DNA of 64,000 nucleotides from Amoebophrya sp. A120 (GCA_905178155.1 CAJINV010000014.1:654116-718115); one strand, 5' to 3'. Numbered from the stretch's first letter, positions 13,601-26,177 are shown. Program-made: numbers and translations. The notes: generated by a model from the sequence alone, not told the origin.

Positions 13601-14960
13601 TGTCTTCGACCACTAAAAGGTACTCGGCGCAGGAGACTTGCACCGTCACTACCGCGGGAAGAGGCTCGTGGATGGTGCACCGAAGCGGGTCGACGCGGTT
13701 GTTCTTTTTGCCTTTCAGCTGCAGCTTGTTAATCGCGACCGCGCGAATGGGCTTCGCCTGCCCGAAAAAAACCTGCACGGAAACGGGCTGTTTCTCCAAG
13801 TCGATGGGAGTCCCCGAACCGTCTTTCAACTCGACCACATCGTGCACCTGGAAGTCAACCAGGGTTGTCGCGTGATCGTCGGGGACTGCTGCTTCGGTTT
13901 CTTGACCACGGTACTGCAATTGATTATAGGAGCTTCTTCTGCTCTTCTTGGCGGCTTCGGTTTCTTGACCCCGTGGTTGTTTGTTTTCAGTACCTCGAAC
14001 TACCTTTATTCCATCCTCGTCTTGATGTTCTCTCTCCGTGTCCATAATTCGCTGCTGTTCCATCTCGGCGTGTTCCTGTAGAATCCTCAGTGCGGATAAT
14101 TTGCGTTGTTCCGTACGTCGATCCCTATTTTCACTCGATGTTGCTGCAGCTCCTGAAGAAACCCGTGCGCGAGGGATACCAGCAGGAGCAGCTTTTTTTC
14201 CTGTTTCTTCAACGCCATTCGTTCTGATCTTTTTCGCACTTCTGTCGTCGTTGTCGTCGCGGTTCCTACTCGTGGTCCCACCTGCTGTGTTATTTTCCCT
14301 TTCGTGCCGCATTGCATTTTGCTCTACAGCTTCATCTTCAGCCCCCGACGAAAAGTGGTCGTGGTCTACGTGTTTGACAGAATGGTGGTGAAAGGGCTCC
14401 ACGTGTTCGTAGTCGCCGACGGATGACGAATCTTCGTCTTGAAGATCTTCTTGGTTTTTATTTCCGTCGAGGTTCGGGTCGGCCTCGGCGTCAGCGTTGT
14501 CGTGGATTTCATCGCCTTCACGATCTTCAACGTTTTCGTTTTCCTGGTCGATCTCCGCTTGTTCTTTTTCCACGGCCTCGTCGTCCATGTCATGGTCTTC
14601 CGGTGCCTCCTCTCCGTCTTCGTCAAAATCATCCTGCAGAAGCAAGGGCTCCTGTAGTTGGTCGCCCTGTTCCTCCTCGTCTTCTTGATGATGAAATACT
14701 TGAACTTCTTCTAGAGCGGTCTCAGCTTGAAGTTCTCCTTCCTCACCAGGGTTGTCCTCCACATCGTTGTCTTGCGCTTGGTCCTCAGCATCCTCCTCCT
14801 CTGGGTCCGCTGGCTGAATCACGTCAGCAACTGCAAAACCTTCATCAACCGCAAGGAATTCATCTTCACCGTCTTCAGCAACACCGCCTGGCTCTGCTTC
14901 AGCCGCTGTCGCATCACCAGTCTCGCCCGCTGCAGTCGTAGCTGTCGCATTCGCCGACAT
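4700..14960 (-). CDS. Giant protein: acidic N-terminus, two C2-like beta-sandwich segments, Cys-rich (RING-like) Zn-finger, hydrophobic/TM region
   Basis: ORFs 7982-11263, 6201-7436 and 4681-5805 plus small exons join in frame after removing 8 elements (e.g. ERLATLD/TKPWKYYAITVGIGLFA/GFALATSV; EMLND/VEQISIHRFKQVG/VELGRFLFQM). ORF 12789-14960 is the presumed first exon; the junction at about 12520-12800 is unresolved. Domain calls are by eye. Confidence 0.7.
5832..6066. mobile_element. Introner family D (TIR TATGGCGTTCTCAA..GTTACATTCTCAACTGTTAC)
   Basis: TSD CTCGA, frame restored. Confidence 0.9.
6114..6266. mobile_element. Introner family B
   Basis: TSD GACGT, frame restored. Confidence 0.9.
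7459..7718. mobile_element. Introner family A
   Basis: TSD ACCCG, frame restored. Confidence 0.9.
7775..7986. mobile_element. Introner family E (TIR TATSNNAGGAAAAAAGTGT)
   Basis: TSD TCGTG, frame restored. Confidence 0.9.
11132..11406. mobile_element. Introner family A
   Basis: TSD TGTAG, frame restored (KEST/LQVTRSS). Confidence 0.9.
11548..11811. mobile_element. Introner family A
   Basis: TSD TCACG, frame restored. Confidence 0.9.
11875..12024. mobile_element. Introner family B
   Basis: TSD CTGGC/CTGGT, frame restored. Confidence 0.88.
12210..12366. mobile_element. Introner family B
   Basis: TSD ACTCA, frame restored. Confidence 0.9.
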
Positions 14961-16029
14961 ACTTCTGTTTTCTTTCCTCGGGCGGCAGGAGCTTATGACT
15001 TATGATGTTCGTGATTTCGACGACTTTATGACCAGCACGTCGGCGCTTTGATCTGTCCCAGATGAGCGAGACGCCCCCGACATTATATCTTCTTCACAAC
15101 GAAGGGCGCAAAAAAGCGTATTTGTATCTATTGAGATTTTTGACTGTACGCACAACTAAGATAATTTGGTGAAAGTCAAACGAAGAAGAGTCGCTCGGCG
15201 ACTTGATAAAACTAGGCCCACATTTGCGTTTCTCTGTTCGCACATGTAAGTAGTTCTTCATCATGCGTCTTTGCCCTCTCGTCCGATCATGCAGCGACCT
15301 CGTCCAAGCAACTTCTCACATCACGACTAGGACAAGCACTACGCATACGACTTTACGAAAAAGAAAAACGCTGCGATCAAAATGTCGTTCCAAAAACAAC
15401 ATCTTCATAGAGATAGATACGAGTGCGCTTGCCACCTCCTCAACATAATGTTTGCACCCACAGCTTGTTTTGGCTTCGCGCTTGTTCCATCCACATTGAA
15501 CAGACAGTCTGGCGCCAGCATACAGACACAACTCAACAGGATCACTCTCCCTGCTGAGGCCGCCCACGTAGAGCAGCGAGGTCCTTCTCATAGACTCAAT
15601 ACATATCCGGACATCTGTGCCGATCGAAACTCGTAGTGGCAAAGCAACACTTCGCAGATGAAGTAAGCAAACTTTACTTTCACTTTAGCTTTACGTTTGC
15701 TCCACCTTCGCGGGAAAAAAAAGATTCTCGTTCTTGCGGAAAAAAAGAAGTTGTTCGTGGAACCGCAACTGTCTTCCAGTGGGGAGATAGAAACTTGTTC
15801 CGGCGAAACCTAAAAATGTTCGGTCGATATGATCGTCGTGGACGTAGCTTCTGATTCTGTTCTCGTACAACTGAGCAGTGAATGTTCGAATAAATCCTAC
15901 ATGGAAGTCCTCGTGGCTGTATCTTGTATCGTGCAGCACCGGCTCCTTGCCCACTACTACACCTTGTATGTCAACCTGTACCGCCTCGAAGAATGATCCC
16001 GATCGTACGTATAGTCGTTTTGAATTCGT

Positions 16030-17220
16030 TTACGCCGCGCGCCGGCTGGCCACGAACTTGACGATTCCCGCCACAGCCAGCACGATGAACACGCCGCAGG
16101 AGATCCTATTAAGCGAAAATGTTTGTTCGAATCTTATAGCGTATAAAATCTTATCAAAATGTGATGATCCACCACGCATCGTAACAAGTCGACACCTGAA
16201 GAACCTGATATTACCCCGAAACAGAAACACATCATGACAAAAAAGAAAAAACAGCTGTACGTCATACCACCAGAACCAGCTGTTAAAGAACAGGGCCCGC
16301 TCCACCGCCGGCTTCACATGGGTGCCGTAGTCCTCGTGGTGCTCCTTACCCTTGGCTTCGTCGGGGTAGGGTCCTATCCAGGAAAAAAAGTGTGTAAGTG
16401 TAACTTTGTAGGAAGAACAGCATCGCAAAGTCGCTTTGCATTACAGGGAAAACTTGTCATGCGCAGCTAGTACGTGGAAACACATATTACGAAAGTAGCC
16501 TATGACGCAGATCCAGCATGACAAGTGTAGCAGTTTTGCATTTTCTCCATCACAGACTTGTTACACTCACATTGTTTTTTTCTGGCATAGGTCCCTCCTT
16601 GTGCTCTGTACCCCAGTCCGCCTCGTACCCCGCCTTGTCGACTTCCGTAGCCTGGTTTATTGCGTTTGTTTATGTTTTTGATACAGTTACAGTTTCAGTT
16701 ATGAATAGGTACAGTGCAACATGAAGAGCTGCTATTTCACATGATGATAACAACTAATACAGGCAGCACTTTTCATTTAGTGTTCCCTTCATCATGTTAG
16801 CCACGTGATTCTTTTCACTGCCGTATCTGCTGCAACAGCTTCTGCGTACATAGCTAATACTAAAGCCAAAGGCTATTTTCATTCTAGTACCGCTTTCGGC
16901 GGCGCCGCCGGATCCTGCTTGGTCTTTTTCACCACGAGGAGGTTGGCCAAAGTGTTCGTCGAATCCGCCTTGGACTCCAGAAATTCCCCGAGTTTGTGCA
17001 AGGACTTCTGGAAATTTATTTCCGAGGATGCGGAGGCCGCCGATTTATTATTTGCCGCATTTTTCAGTTTTTTCGTTTCCTGCAGCTCCACAAGAGCCCC
17101 CTTCTTGTTCTGCGTCTTTACCGCATCGACGCCCAGCGCGAGGCTGGTGGTCACGCAGGCGAGCAAAGTACTAGCGACAGACGAGCGACGGGCGAAAACG
17201 AAAGAGGACATCTTGGTCAA
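16030..17220 (-). CDS. Small secreted/type-I membrane protein
   Basis: Signal-like N-terminus (STLLACVTTSLALGVDA); exon ATEVDKAGYEADWGTEHKE/GPYPDEAKG joined across an element; C-terminal hydrophobic CGVFIVLAVAGIVKFVASRRAA. Confidence 0.6.
16375..16589. mobile_element. Introner family E
   Basis: TSD GGTCC, frame restored. Confidence 0.9.
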
Positions 17221-18649
17221 AAGAGGTTTCTCGTTGGTGATACAGATCTACTAGAAGCACCTGGATCTGGTGGAGAGAGCACTGACTTGTAGTACGACAC
17301 TTGTAGTTGTACAACTGCTGGCACGACGAACCGGCTCTACTTGTTGCACGAGGACTTACACTTCTAAGTAAAAGCACCAGAGACCTCTAGTTGGAAGTAC
17401 CTACCGCTATCTCCAGGCAAGAAATCAGAATATATAATTGCGGATTCAAATGTTGATGATCAAGTAGTATTTCTCCTTCTTTTGCCTTAACAGGACGACC
17501 AGAACGAACGGCACACAGAGCGGGAACAAATTCAAATAGAAAAGGGAGCATGACGTGTTCTTCCTTCGTCGCGGCCGTCTCCTAGTACTAGTAGGTACAA
17601 TAAAAAATCTTCATGTGGGGACGGACAGGAATCAACAATGCCTAGTAGTACCAATTCTGTACCAGCGTGCAGCTGATTTTTAGCATGAGAAGCAGTAGCT
17701 CCTGCTGCTATAATCGCGACAGGACTCTTTAGTTGTGCTAGTAATGGCGGAACACGACAGGAGCAGGGCGGCAACGGCACGACCAAACGATGCATGTTCA
17801 AAGTGCACCGCAAATTGTATTGTATTTTGGGCAGTTTGCTTGTTCGGGACTTACGGTGAACAATTCTAGTTTTGCCGAGTTGTGGTCTAGAGGGGTTAAT
17901 ACCTTGTGGACGAGAAATGATATTGGGGCTTCATAATTTCTGAGCTTTGGGGGTCGGTGAAGCTGAATGATACGGAGGGGGCGAGAAAAAAAGTGGAAAA
18001 GTCGTCACAGTAAACTAAAGCGAAGTAAAGCGCCTTAGTTTTGAATATGAGAAGCACCAAAAATACTCAGCCTCCAAAACAATGTAAGTACTTATTCTTT
18101 TTTCGTTCGCTGCACTTTTTGTTCTTACTACAAATGCTTAATCGTCACAGCGTTGTTGTACTATAGGGATTTAATAACTGCATGAACATGATGTTTCTGA
18201 AACAAAAATTGATTTCTAGAGAGACAGACTGCAGAAATCTGTCTCTGGCTATGCTTACTTACAAAAAGTACTTTAGTGCTCTGAGAATGAGTGAAACTGG
18301 TGGGGGGTTTAGTGGTCTGAAAAGTGACCCTCATGGATACTGGGTCAAAATGGGAGCACATGCATCGGACTTGTTAGAGATAAGTGTAACATGTGATGCG
18401 TATTGCTATAGATACTGACTCATTCACTTTCATGTTCTTGTAGTCGTACCGTACGTTATTTATGATTATGAAAAACAATCTCATGACAAAATATTGATAT
18501 GGAAATGGAACAAGGTGTCGATCGGAGCTTGTGTTAGAACAAACTCCAAAAAGCGTTTCAAACAATCGAATTTGCTTCATCATCAAATCATAAAGTAAGA
18601 AGTTCCCGCCTTCCTCATGCACTGACGCCTCTTTGTCGGGCTTCTTGCT

Positions 18650-21600
18650 TTATTTCTTCTTTTCCAGCTTGTTGGTCGTTTTCAATCCAGATTTTTGGCT
18701 CTTCGCCTTGTGCAAGATTCTCTTCTTCGCTTTTTGCCTGTCTCCCGGGGAGGCGCAAAAGGATTCAAGCAGCGACATTGGCTGTTTGTCGTTTGCGGCT
18801 TTCTTCTGCAAAACGGTCTGGGATTCCGGGGACAGCTGCCGCTCGAAAAAAGCTGCTTTTTGCGCGACCAGCTCCTCCGTCAAATCGCTCAGGTCGTTCA
18901 CGGTTGCAGGATATGCCTTGCAAAAGTACTATCGTGCTGATCGATGTGCTGCTGCTGGTACTAGAAACTGCAAATAAAATATTTATACACTCACATTTTT
19001 CTTTTTGAATACTGTAGCATTACAAAATAATTTGAGACTTGTTCTCTTGTCATGTATATTATTTTTTCGCACAGCGAAGTAGAAGCACGCACGACCTCTG
19101 TTATCAACATCAAGTGTTTATTTTTTTCCACAAGAAGTCCTAGTACGAGTACTTACACCACGATAGAACATACTTTTGCACAGGACATACATTGTTCAGC
19201 CCTTTGCTCGCGATCTGCCGGTCCTCGGGGGTCATATCCATGTCGTGCGCCACGTGGTCGTCCGCGTGCACGCCCGCGATTTTCCGCGCAAGGTCCCTGG
19301 CTTTGGTTTTGCCGAAGCCCACGTCGAGTAGGGCGAGCTCCGCGTCGTGCATCAGATCGAGTTATCAAATGCAAAAGTGTCTGGGTCTGGAAACTTGTGA
19401 TGCTGGGTGGCGTATCGTGAGGAGGCCACAAGTGCTGGCGCAGCATGACAAGATTCTGAGCTTCTAGGTGTTGCCTATTCTGCATGACAGACTGCGTTTC
19501 TGCATGACAGAAAAATGGCGCTCTTGGGTAACGTGCATGACAGATTTCAGAGTCATGCCAGACAAGCATGACAAACATGCACTCTTCCAGACCCAGACAT
19601 TTTTACATTTGATACGAGTCTCTGCTCCTCCGTCGGTCCTGCTGTGTTCTCGTCGTCCGTGGTCGCAACCGGACTTTTCTTGCTCTTTTTCTTCGTCCCG
19701 CCAACGCCGCGCGTCGAGGACTTTTTCGTCAGTTTTTTCTTCCCCGCGGATGAATGTTGCGCACCTTTCTCACTTCCCCCGCTCGTGCTGGTCTCTGTCC
19801 CTTTGCTGCTCTTGCTGCTTTTCTCGGAAGCAGTAGCGGAGATCGCGCCGACCGCGGCTTTCATCTTGGTTTTCGCTGACCTGCCTGCCGATTTTTTGGA
19901 AGCGGAAGAAAGAGTTGCTTTCGTCGGCGGATTCATAGCAAAAGAAATCTCACTCTCACTAGTGTCCTCCCCCGCCGTAGCGCCGGCGGCCGGTTTTTCC
20001 TCGAATGTCTTTTTCGGCGGCATCATTTGCTGGAAGGCTTGCAGCTGCGTCGCGGTTTCCGTCTCCCCGAACTATCCAGGAAAAAAACTGTGGAAGTGTA
20101 AGTTTGTAGGAGGAGCAGCATAACGAATTCGTTTTGCGTAAATATACAGAAAAAACCTGTCATGTGCAGCTAGTACGTGAAAACACGTATGAGACACGGC
20201 TTTGAGTTTGACGCACTTCCAGCATGACAGGAAGCGTAACTGTTTTGCATTTTCTGCATCACAGATTTACACTTGCAAAGTTTTTTTTCTTGCATACGAA
20301 CCTGACATCATCGTTCACTGCGAGGGCGGTCAAATCGAGCGTCCGGGTGATTTGCCCCAGCGGCGCACCGCCTGCTGCTCCACCTCCCGGAGGAATCGAT
20401 TTGTTGACGGAAGGCAGGACACGCTCGAACAACGCGTTGAGGAGAAACACCTTCTCCACGTTGCTGTCTTCCCCGCCCGACTTGTTCGTTCCGGTTGTCC
20501 GCAGCTGCGACGACCGCGCCCGGGTGCTGGTCTGCTCGGCCTGCAGCATGATTTTCTGCCGGTCCGACTCCTCGCAGTACTGCTCAAAGTCCTGCCACTC
20601 CTGCAGATCGTTCAGCCCCAGCTGCACAAAATACGGGTGGGACCGGTTGATCGACTTCGGGGGGCCCGCCGAAGACGTGTCCGAGGCGCCGGCGCCAGTA
20701 GGTTTCACGTTCTGCCCCGCGACGTACTCGTTGACCGCAACGGTGTACTCTCCCGTGTCCACCAAGTTCTCGGCTTTTTTCACCAACTTCGCCGCCACGA
20801 AACCGGCCATCTTCTCCGAAAACCCGGCCGTTTGTAGCCGCATCATTGCCTCGTCCAGGGTGAAGTTGGCCAAATCGAAGTTGACTTCCGGCACGGGCTT
20901 CTTGTGCTTCGTCTTGCCCCTCTATGACAGCGCACAACGAACTCCCTGGGAGGACCCTCATTTGTATATTTATTTTTAGCATGAACGGCAACACAAGCAT
21001 CAGCAAGAATGCCGATTTTGCATGACAGATTTGCACTGGAGTGTAGTGCTATTTGGACTAGTGCCAGAACTTGTGACGCAAACAGTGCCAAGAGGCAAGA
21101 AAGGCTGGATTAGGTATTTTGCATGACAAATGAGGGTCGTGAGGGGGACGTCGAGATGCGCACGGTCATACCTTCTGGTCAAAGAATTTCGCGGTTTTCA
21201 TCTTTTCCATTTCCGCAATGGAATTTCCAAACGCCCGGAGCTTGAGCTCGTCGGTCTCCCCGTCCATGTGCTCCGCCAAGTCCCCCGCCATGGCTTGCCA
21301 CTCGTCGACGGTGACCAGCTGCGCAATCTGGTTCATCGCCGTTTCTTCCGCCTTCCGGACCAGTTTGGGGGCTAGGTAGTTTGCGAACTTCTCCGAGTAC
21401 CCGACCTTCAAAAGCTTTATTACAGTGAAAAATGCCCCGACCCCGGAATTTGCAGAAGTTTGTCATGCAAAGTTTCCAAATGAAAGCTTTTTGTCTTCTT
21501 GCATAAAAGGATTACGAGCGTTTCTGCTGCAGAGTCTGGCTCTAGGTGCGCAAGCGCAAGGCGCCTTGTGCATAACAGATCCAGCTGCTGTTGGGCTAGT

Positions 21601-24600
21601 ACTTCGCAACACAAATTTGACCTATTCAGCATGGACAATGTGCGATGCTGAGATATGCGAGACGGGGAATGTTTCTGTTAAAAAGGTTTGCAATACAAAT
21701 GCTGCCAAGCTGGGAGGTCGTGGGGGTATTTTTCATTGTAATAAGCTTCTTCGTCGCCTCCTCCGTCGTCCACCCCGGTTTGTCTTTGTTCTTCTCCGCG
21801 TAGTAGGCCGCGGCTTTCTGCACGTATCCTGAGTAAAAACGTCCCCACAGCAGAGTCAAGATGGGAAATCTGCTAGACAAGTCTACAAGTTTTGGCTGTT
21901 TTGCATGACAAATTTGGACTCGTAGTGTTGTGCTGTTTGAGCTACCTCAAAAGCATCACAGTTCTAGTATATCATGCTGATTGGAGCATGACAAATTCCA
22001 AAACACCACTAGAAAATGCTTCTTATGGGGTTCCGCATGAGAAACATTTTCAGCATGCAGATTTGCATTACAACTATGGCGTGGGGGCGTTTTTCAATAC
22101 GATAGCACGGACCTTTGGTTCAACGCCACTGCTTTCAAAAATCCGCGGAACCGCCCGACCCGTTCGGGATCACCGGAGTCCACGAAAGACAACCCGAGCC
22201 GGCCGAGAATCTGCAGATCGGTGTCGTTTTCCGGTTCCACTATGGCGTTCTCAAACGTTACATTCTCAACTGTTAATGCAAGAATGGCAAAAGTTAAAGG
22301 AGGCAGATTGCGCCTCTTTCATGATACAAGTTTGGCGCAGATTAAAGTGCAGCTATCTAGCGCGTCGAGAACTTGTCATACGAAGCAGCTTGACTATGTA
22401 GATAACTATGGCAAGTCTGCATTACAAATTCATGTAACAGTTGAGAATGTAGCGTTTGAGAATGCCATATGCACCAAAGCATCATTGTTCTTCACCACCT
22501 CGACGTCGCACACCTGTCGCGCCAGTTTCTTCGCGTACGCTTCCGTCAACCCCGCGTCCTTCAGGGCTTGTATCCTGTGCAAAAGTATCGCACTCGTAGT
22601 AATTGCAATCATGCTGCATTACAAATTTTTGTCTTAAAGGTAAATCCGCATTACAAATTTGATTTGCAATGCTGGGCGAATCTGTAATGTAATTTAGACT
22701 ACTAGTACGATGCTTTTGCATTGCATAGCTTGCTCCACCACCCCAAAGTCCAGCGTTTTCCGCTGCAAGGCTTCCAAAACTGGGTCGTACGCACCGGCGC
22801 TCGTTGGCGCGCTGCTCTTCGGAAGATCCTGATCTTCTTTGGCTTTCTTCCGACAGCAGAAAAGGACGAACACGATCAGCGCGAGCAGGGCCACCGCGAG
22901 CACGACCACCAGGATGAGGCAGCAGTTGTTCTCATCTCCGGCTGGTTCCTCGTCAGTTCCCCCGGGAGGAGAGGACGTGTCGGGCGGCAGCACCGTGGTC
23001 GGTTCCGCCCCGGTCGTTGGAGCTTCTGTCACGATCTCATGCCCCGTCCCGTTCGTTGGTACAGTGGTGGTCGAGGTCGTCGTCGTGGCAACTACGACCG
23101 TGGTTGTGGTCGTGGTTGAAGAGGCCGTAGTCGTGGTGGTTGTCGTTGTGGTGGTTGTCGTGGTGGTGGTGGAAGTCGTGGGGGCGACACACGAACGGTT
23201 TCCGCTCCCATCCACCTGCTCGTCAAACCCAAAGTCGCAGCTTTTGCAAATGTTGGCATTGTGCGCAGTGCAATCGGCTCCAGTCGCTGCGGTTCCGTTC
23301 AGGCAACCGCAATTGTTGGGAACGCATAAGCGTTCATTAGAAGCTGTGGCTCCGCTTTGGGCACCAGAAGAGGATGTTGCTGGGTGAAAGCCGGCATCGC
23401 AGGAATCACAATAGGTCGCTTCGTATCAAATGCAAAAATGTCTGGGTCTGGAAGATTCCGGGACTTGTGATGCATAGTTTGCATTATCCATGACGCATGT
23501 AATGCATGATCTAGCACCACAGAATTTTAGAGGGCTTCCTGATGCCTATTTCGCATGAGAAATGCCCTCTCCGCGTAACACAAACTGGACTCCTGTTGTT
23601 GGTCACGCAATACAGATTTTTTTGGAATCCAAAGACAGCATGACAAGTTGCAATCTTCCAGACCCAGACATTTTTGCAATCCATACTTCGTGGTGCGCCG
23701 GGCAGCCAGGTCCCGTCACGGCGCTCCCGTTCTCGCACCGGCACTGATTCGGATTACACGATCCGTTCCCGAGGTAAAAGCCCTCGTTACAGCCTTCGCA
23801 AGCAACACTGCTGTGGCCCACTTCCTGACACTTCGTGCCCGTCGAAGGAATTCCGTTGTCGCAGCGACAGGTGAACTGAAACGCCTGGTGTTATTCTGAG
23901 TAAAAACGTCCCCACCGCAGAGTTGTCATGCTACAAGATGTTTCTAATGTGGAGCTCCATGGCAAGCATTTTCTAGTCGTGTTTTGGAATTTGTCATGCT
24001 CCAATCAGCATGATGCGCTAGGTCTGTGATGCTGGTGCACTAGCTAAACAGAACTACACTACGCGGAAAGACTTGTGATGCGAAACAAGCAAAGCTGGTT
24101 GACTTGTCTAGCAGATTTCCCATCTTGACTCTGGTGTGGGGACGTTTATTTTTACTCGGGATAGGTGCAGCGGAATTTTCATGCAGGCCATCACCGTGAC
24201 GCAAACAATGCCCACGTTGTCGCCCACCTGGCCCTCTACCTTGTTCCAATTCTCCCCTTGCTGCAGTTCGTAATTTGTATCGGGCTTAAACGTGAACGGA
24301 GTCCCGTCCGCGGCCTCCGCAGGCTCCCCGGCCCCGCTCTCCGCACGCCAATGCAGGTGCGTGCCCCACATCCCACTGCTGTTGCGCGCTAGCACCGCGT
24401 AGTTCCGGTTCCCGGCGTCCTCGGGAGACGGGAGGTCGCGAAAGCTCGACAAGGGGCGGTAATAGGATTCACCGTCATCAACTGCAAAAATGTCTGGGTC
24501 TGGAAGGTTGTAACTTGTCATGCTGTCTTCGGATTCAAAAAAAATCTGTATTGCATGACCAGCAAGAGAAGTCCAGTTTGGTCTACACGGAAAAGGCTGT

Positions 24601-26177
24601 TCTCATGCAGAATAGGCATCAGGACGCCCTCTAGAAATACGTGATGCTAAGCCATGCATTACAGCCATCAGGGGCCATGCAAAATATGCATGACAAGTCT
24701 GGCAATCTTCCAGACCCAGACATTTTTACATTTGATAACCGTTCCAGCTGTACCAGAACTGCTTCGACTTCTCCGTCTCGTTGGTGTTGAGCAGAAAAGT
24801 ATCGTAGGGAAAAATCTCCCCTCCCCATACTGAGAAGGCATGCTGCTAAAAATTTGTGATGCTGATTTGTGACCACAAATCCTGTCTCTCTTGCAGGGGG
24901 GCAAAAGCAAAGAGTCCGCCGCTTTATTGTTCCGGCGATTTGTAATGCTGTTACGCCTACATCGAAGGCCTCTGCTATGCTACGCACCTATACAAAAACA
25001 GCCCTACGCAGCCTGAGGTTTTGCCTGCAGTGCCTCGTTCTTGCAAGACAGAGCTGATTTGTGTACACAAATCCAGCAACAGAAATTTACGTTTCAATAT
25101 GGGGAGGGGGGATTTTTCATTCTGATAAAAAGTGCCGATGCGTCTGTCGGACGAGGTGGCCCACTGGTCTACGCGACAGCCGCAGCCCCCTTCTTTGACC
25201 TCGAATGAACCGTCCTCACTGACAGCAGTTCGCTCGTATTCGCACTGCGAGCAGCAGCCAATTCGCCCCACTTCGTACTTGGCCGTTATCTGCGACACCT
25301 CGCCCACTGACGCCGGGATTCGGAAATGCCCGACCAGGTCCTCGTTCGGCATCCCGAAGCCCCCGAAACAGATTTGGTTCGCCGGGTTCTCCGGGTCCTC
25401 GGACCTTGGGCCCGGGTTGGTCCGGCTGGGAAAATTTTCGAGTTCCCACCACTCGCGGTCGATGAGTCTGCTGGTAAAGTCGTCGGGGTTTTCTACGGTA
25501 CCATTGAGCACCTCCGTGTAGCCGGGTAAGATCACCGCCACTTCGACGTGCTGCGTCACGTCGGAGATATCCACGGTGCCCCACTTCCCGTATTCGTCCC
25601 AGCCGTACCGGCACGGATCCGGCTCGGTTTCTGGGAGAGGAACCACCTCCTTCGGATTCCCGAACGCGCCCGCGGTGGCAATTGCGTCGATCCAGTCGCT
25701 GCGCGGCTTTCTGTGCGGGTGGGTGTTGATCGGGTAGCAGGCGTTGTGTTCGAGAAAAAACTCCGTGGCGTTCTGACAAGAAACGCAGATGTTCGCTCCG
25801 TGCTCTGTGCAAGCGGGGCCGGTGGCTTGCTGCCCATTTTCGCAACTGCACTCGTTTGCCACGCACTGATCCTCGTAGCAGGCGGGGACCTCGTCGCAAG
25901 GGTCCTCGAGCTCCGGGGTCGTGTCACAGGGGCGGTCGCATTTCATGTGATACCCGGGCGCGCACCCCTTGTAGCAGTAGTTTTCCGGGGTGATCACGAA
26001 ACCGTCGTTGCAGGAAGCGCAAATGTGCGCGCCCGGGGCCGTGCAGGCCGTGCCCGTTGCCGCCGTGCCGTTGCTGCACCCGCACTGGTATGAATCCACG
26101 GTAGTGTCTTCGCCGTCGAGCAGGGTCCGATTTATCTTTAGTCCGTGGTATCTTCGCCGAACAGTGTCGTCGTCGAG
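18650..26177 (-). CDS. Type-I surface protein: Cys-rich CxCxNG..TG..C repeats, Thr-rich mucin stalk, TM helix, long cytoplasmic tail
   Basis: 13 exons join in frame after removing 12 elements. Repeats such as CGCSNGTAATGTACTAPGAHICASCNDGF; poly-Thr run at about 23060-23190; TM CCLILVVVLAVALLALIVFVLFCC. The 5' end probably continues into 27034-27983. Confidence 0.8.
18912..19180. mobile_element. Degenerate introner family B
   Basis: TSD CAGGA; right TIR end merged with the TSD; frame restored (NNVCP/ATVNDL). Confidence 0.7.
19363..19614. mobile_element. Introner family A
   Basis: TSD CGAGT, frame restored. Confidence 0.9.
20073..20296. mobile_element. Introner family E
   Basis: TSD CGAAC, frame restored. 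Confidence 0.9.
20923..21170. mobile_element. Introner family G (TATGAC..GCGCA...GACCCTCATTTG)
   Basis: Imperfect TIR, TSD CCCTC/CCTTC, frame restored. Confidence 0.8.
21418..21743. mobile_element. Introner family F (TIR TATTACARTGAAAAATRCCCC)
   Basis: TSD AGCTT, frame restored. Confidence 0.9.
21825..22104. mobile_element. Introner family C (TIR TATCCTGAGTAAAAACGTCCCCAC)
   Basis: TSD GCACG, frame restored. Confidence 0.9.
22241..22469. mobile_element. Introner family D
   Basis: TSD TCCAC/TGCAC, frame restored. Confidence 0.88.
22571..22727. mobile_element. Introner family B
   Basis: TSD GCTTG, frame restored. Confidence 0.9.
23424..23685. mobile_element. Introner family A
   Basis: TSD CTTCG, frame restored inside a Cys repeat. 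Confidence 0.9.
23892..24163. mobile_element. Introner family C (opposite orientation to 21825)
   Basis: TSD GGTGT/GGTGC, frame restored. Confidence 0.88.
24476..24737. mobile_element. Introner family A (opposite orientation to 23424)
   Basis: TSD ACCGT; left end CAT; frame restored (FWYSWN/GESYY). Confidence 0.9.
24800..25127. mobile_element. Introner family F-like
   Basis: TIR tatcgtagggaaaaatctcccctcccca / tggggaggggggatttttcattctgata; TSD AAAAG; frame restored. Confidence 0.85.
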
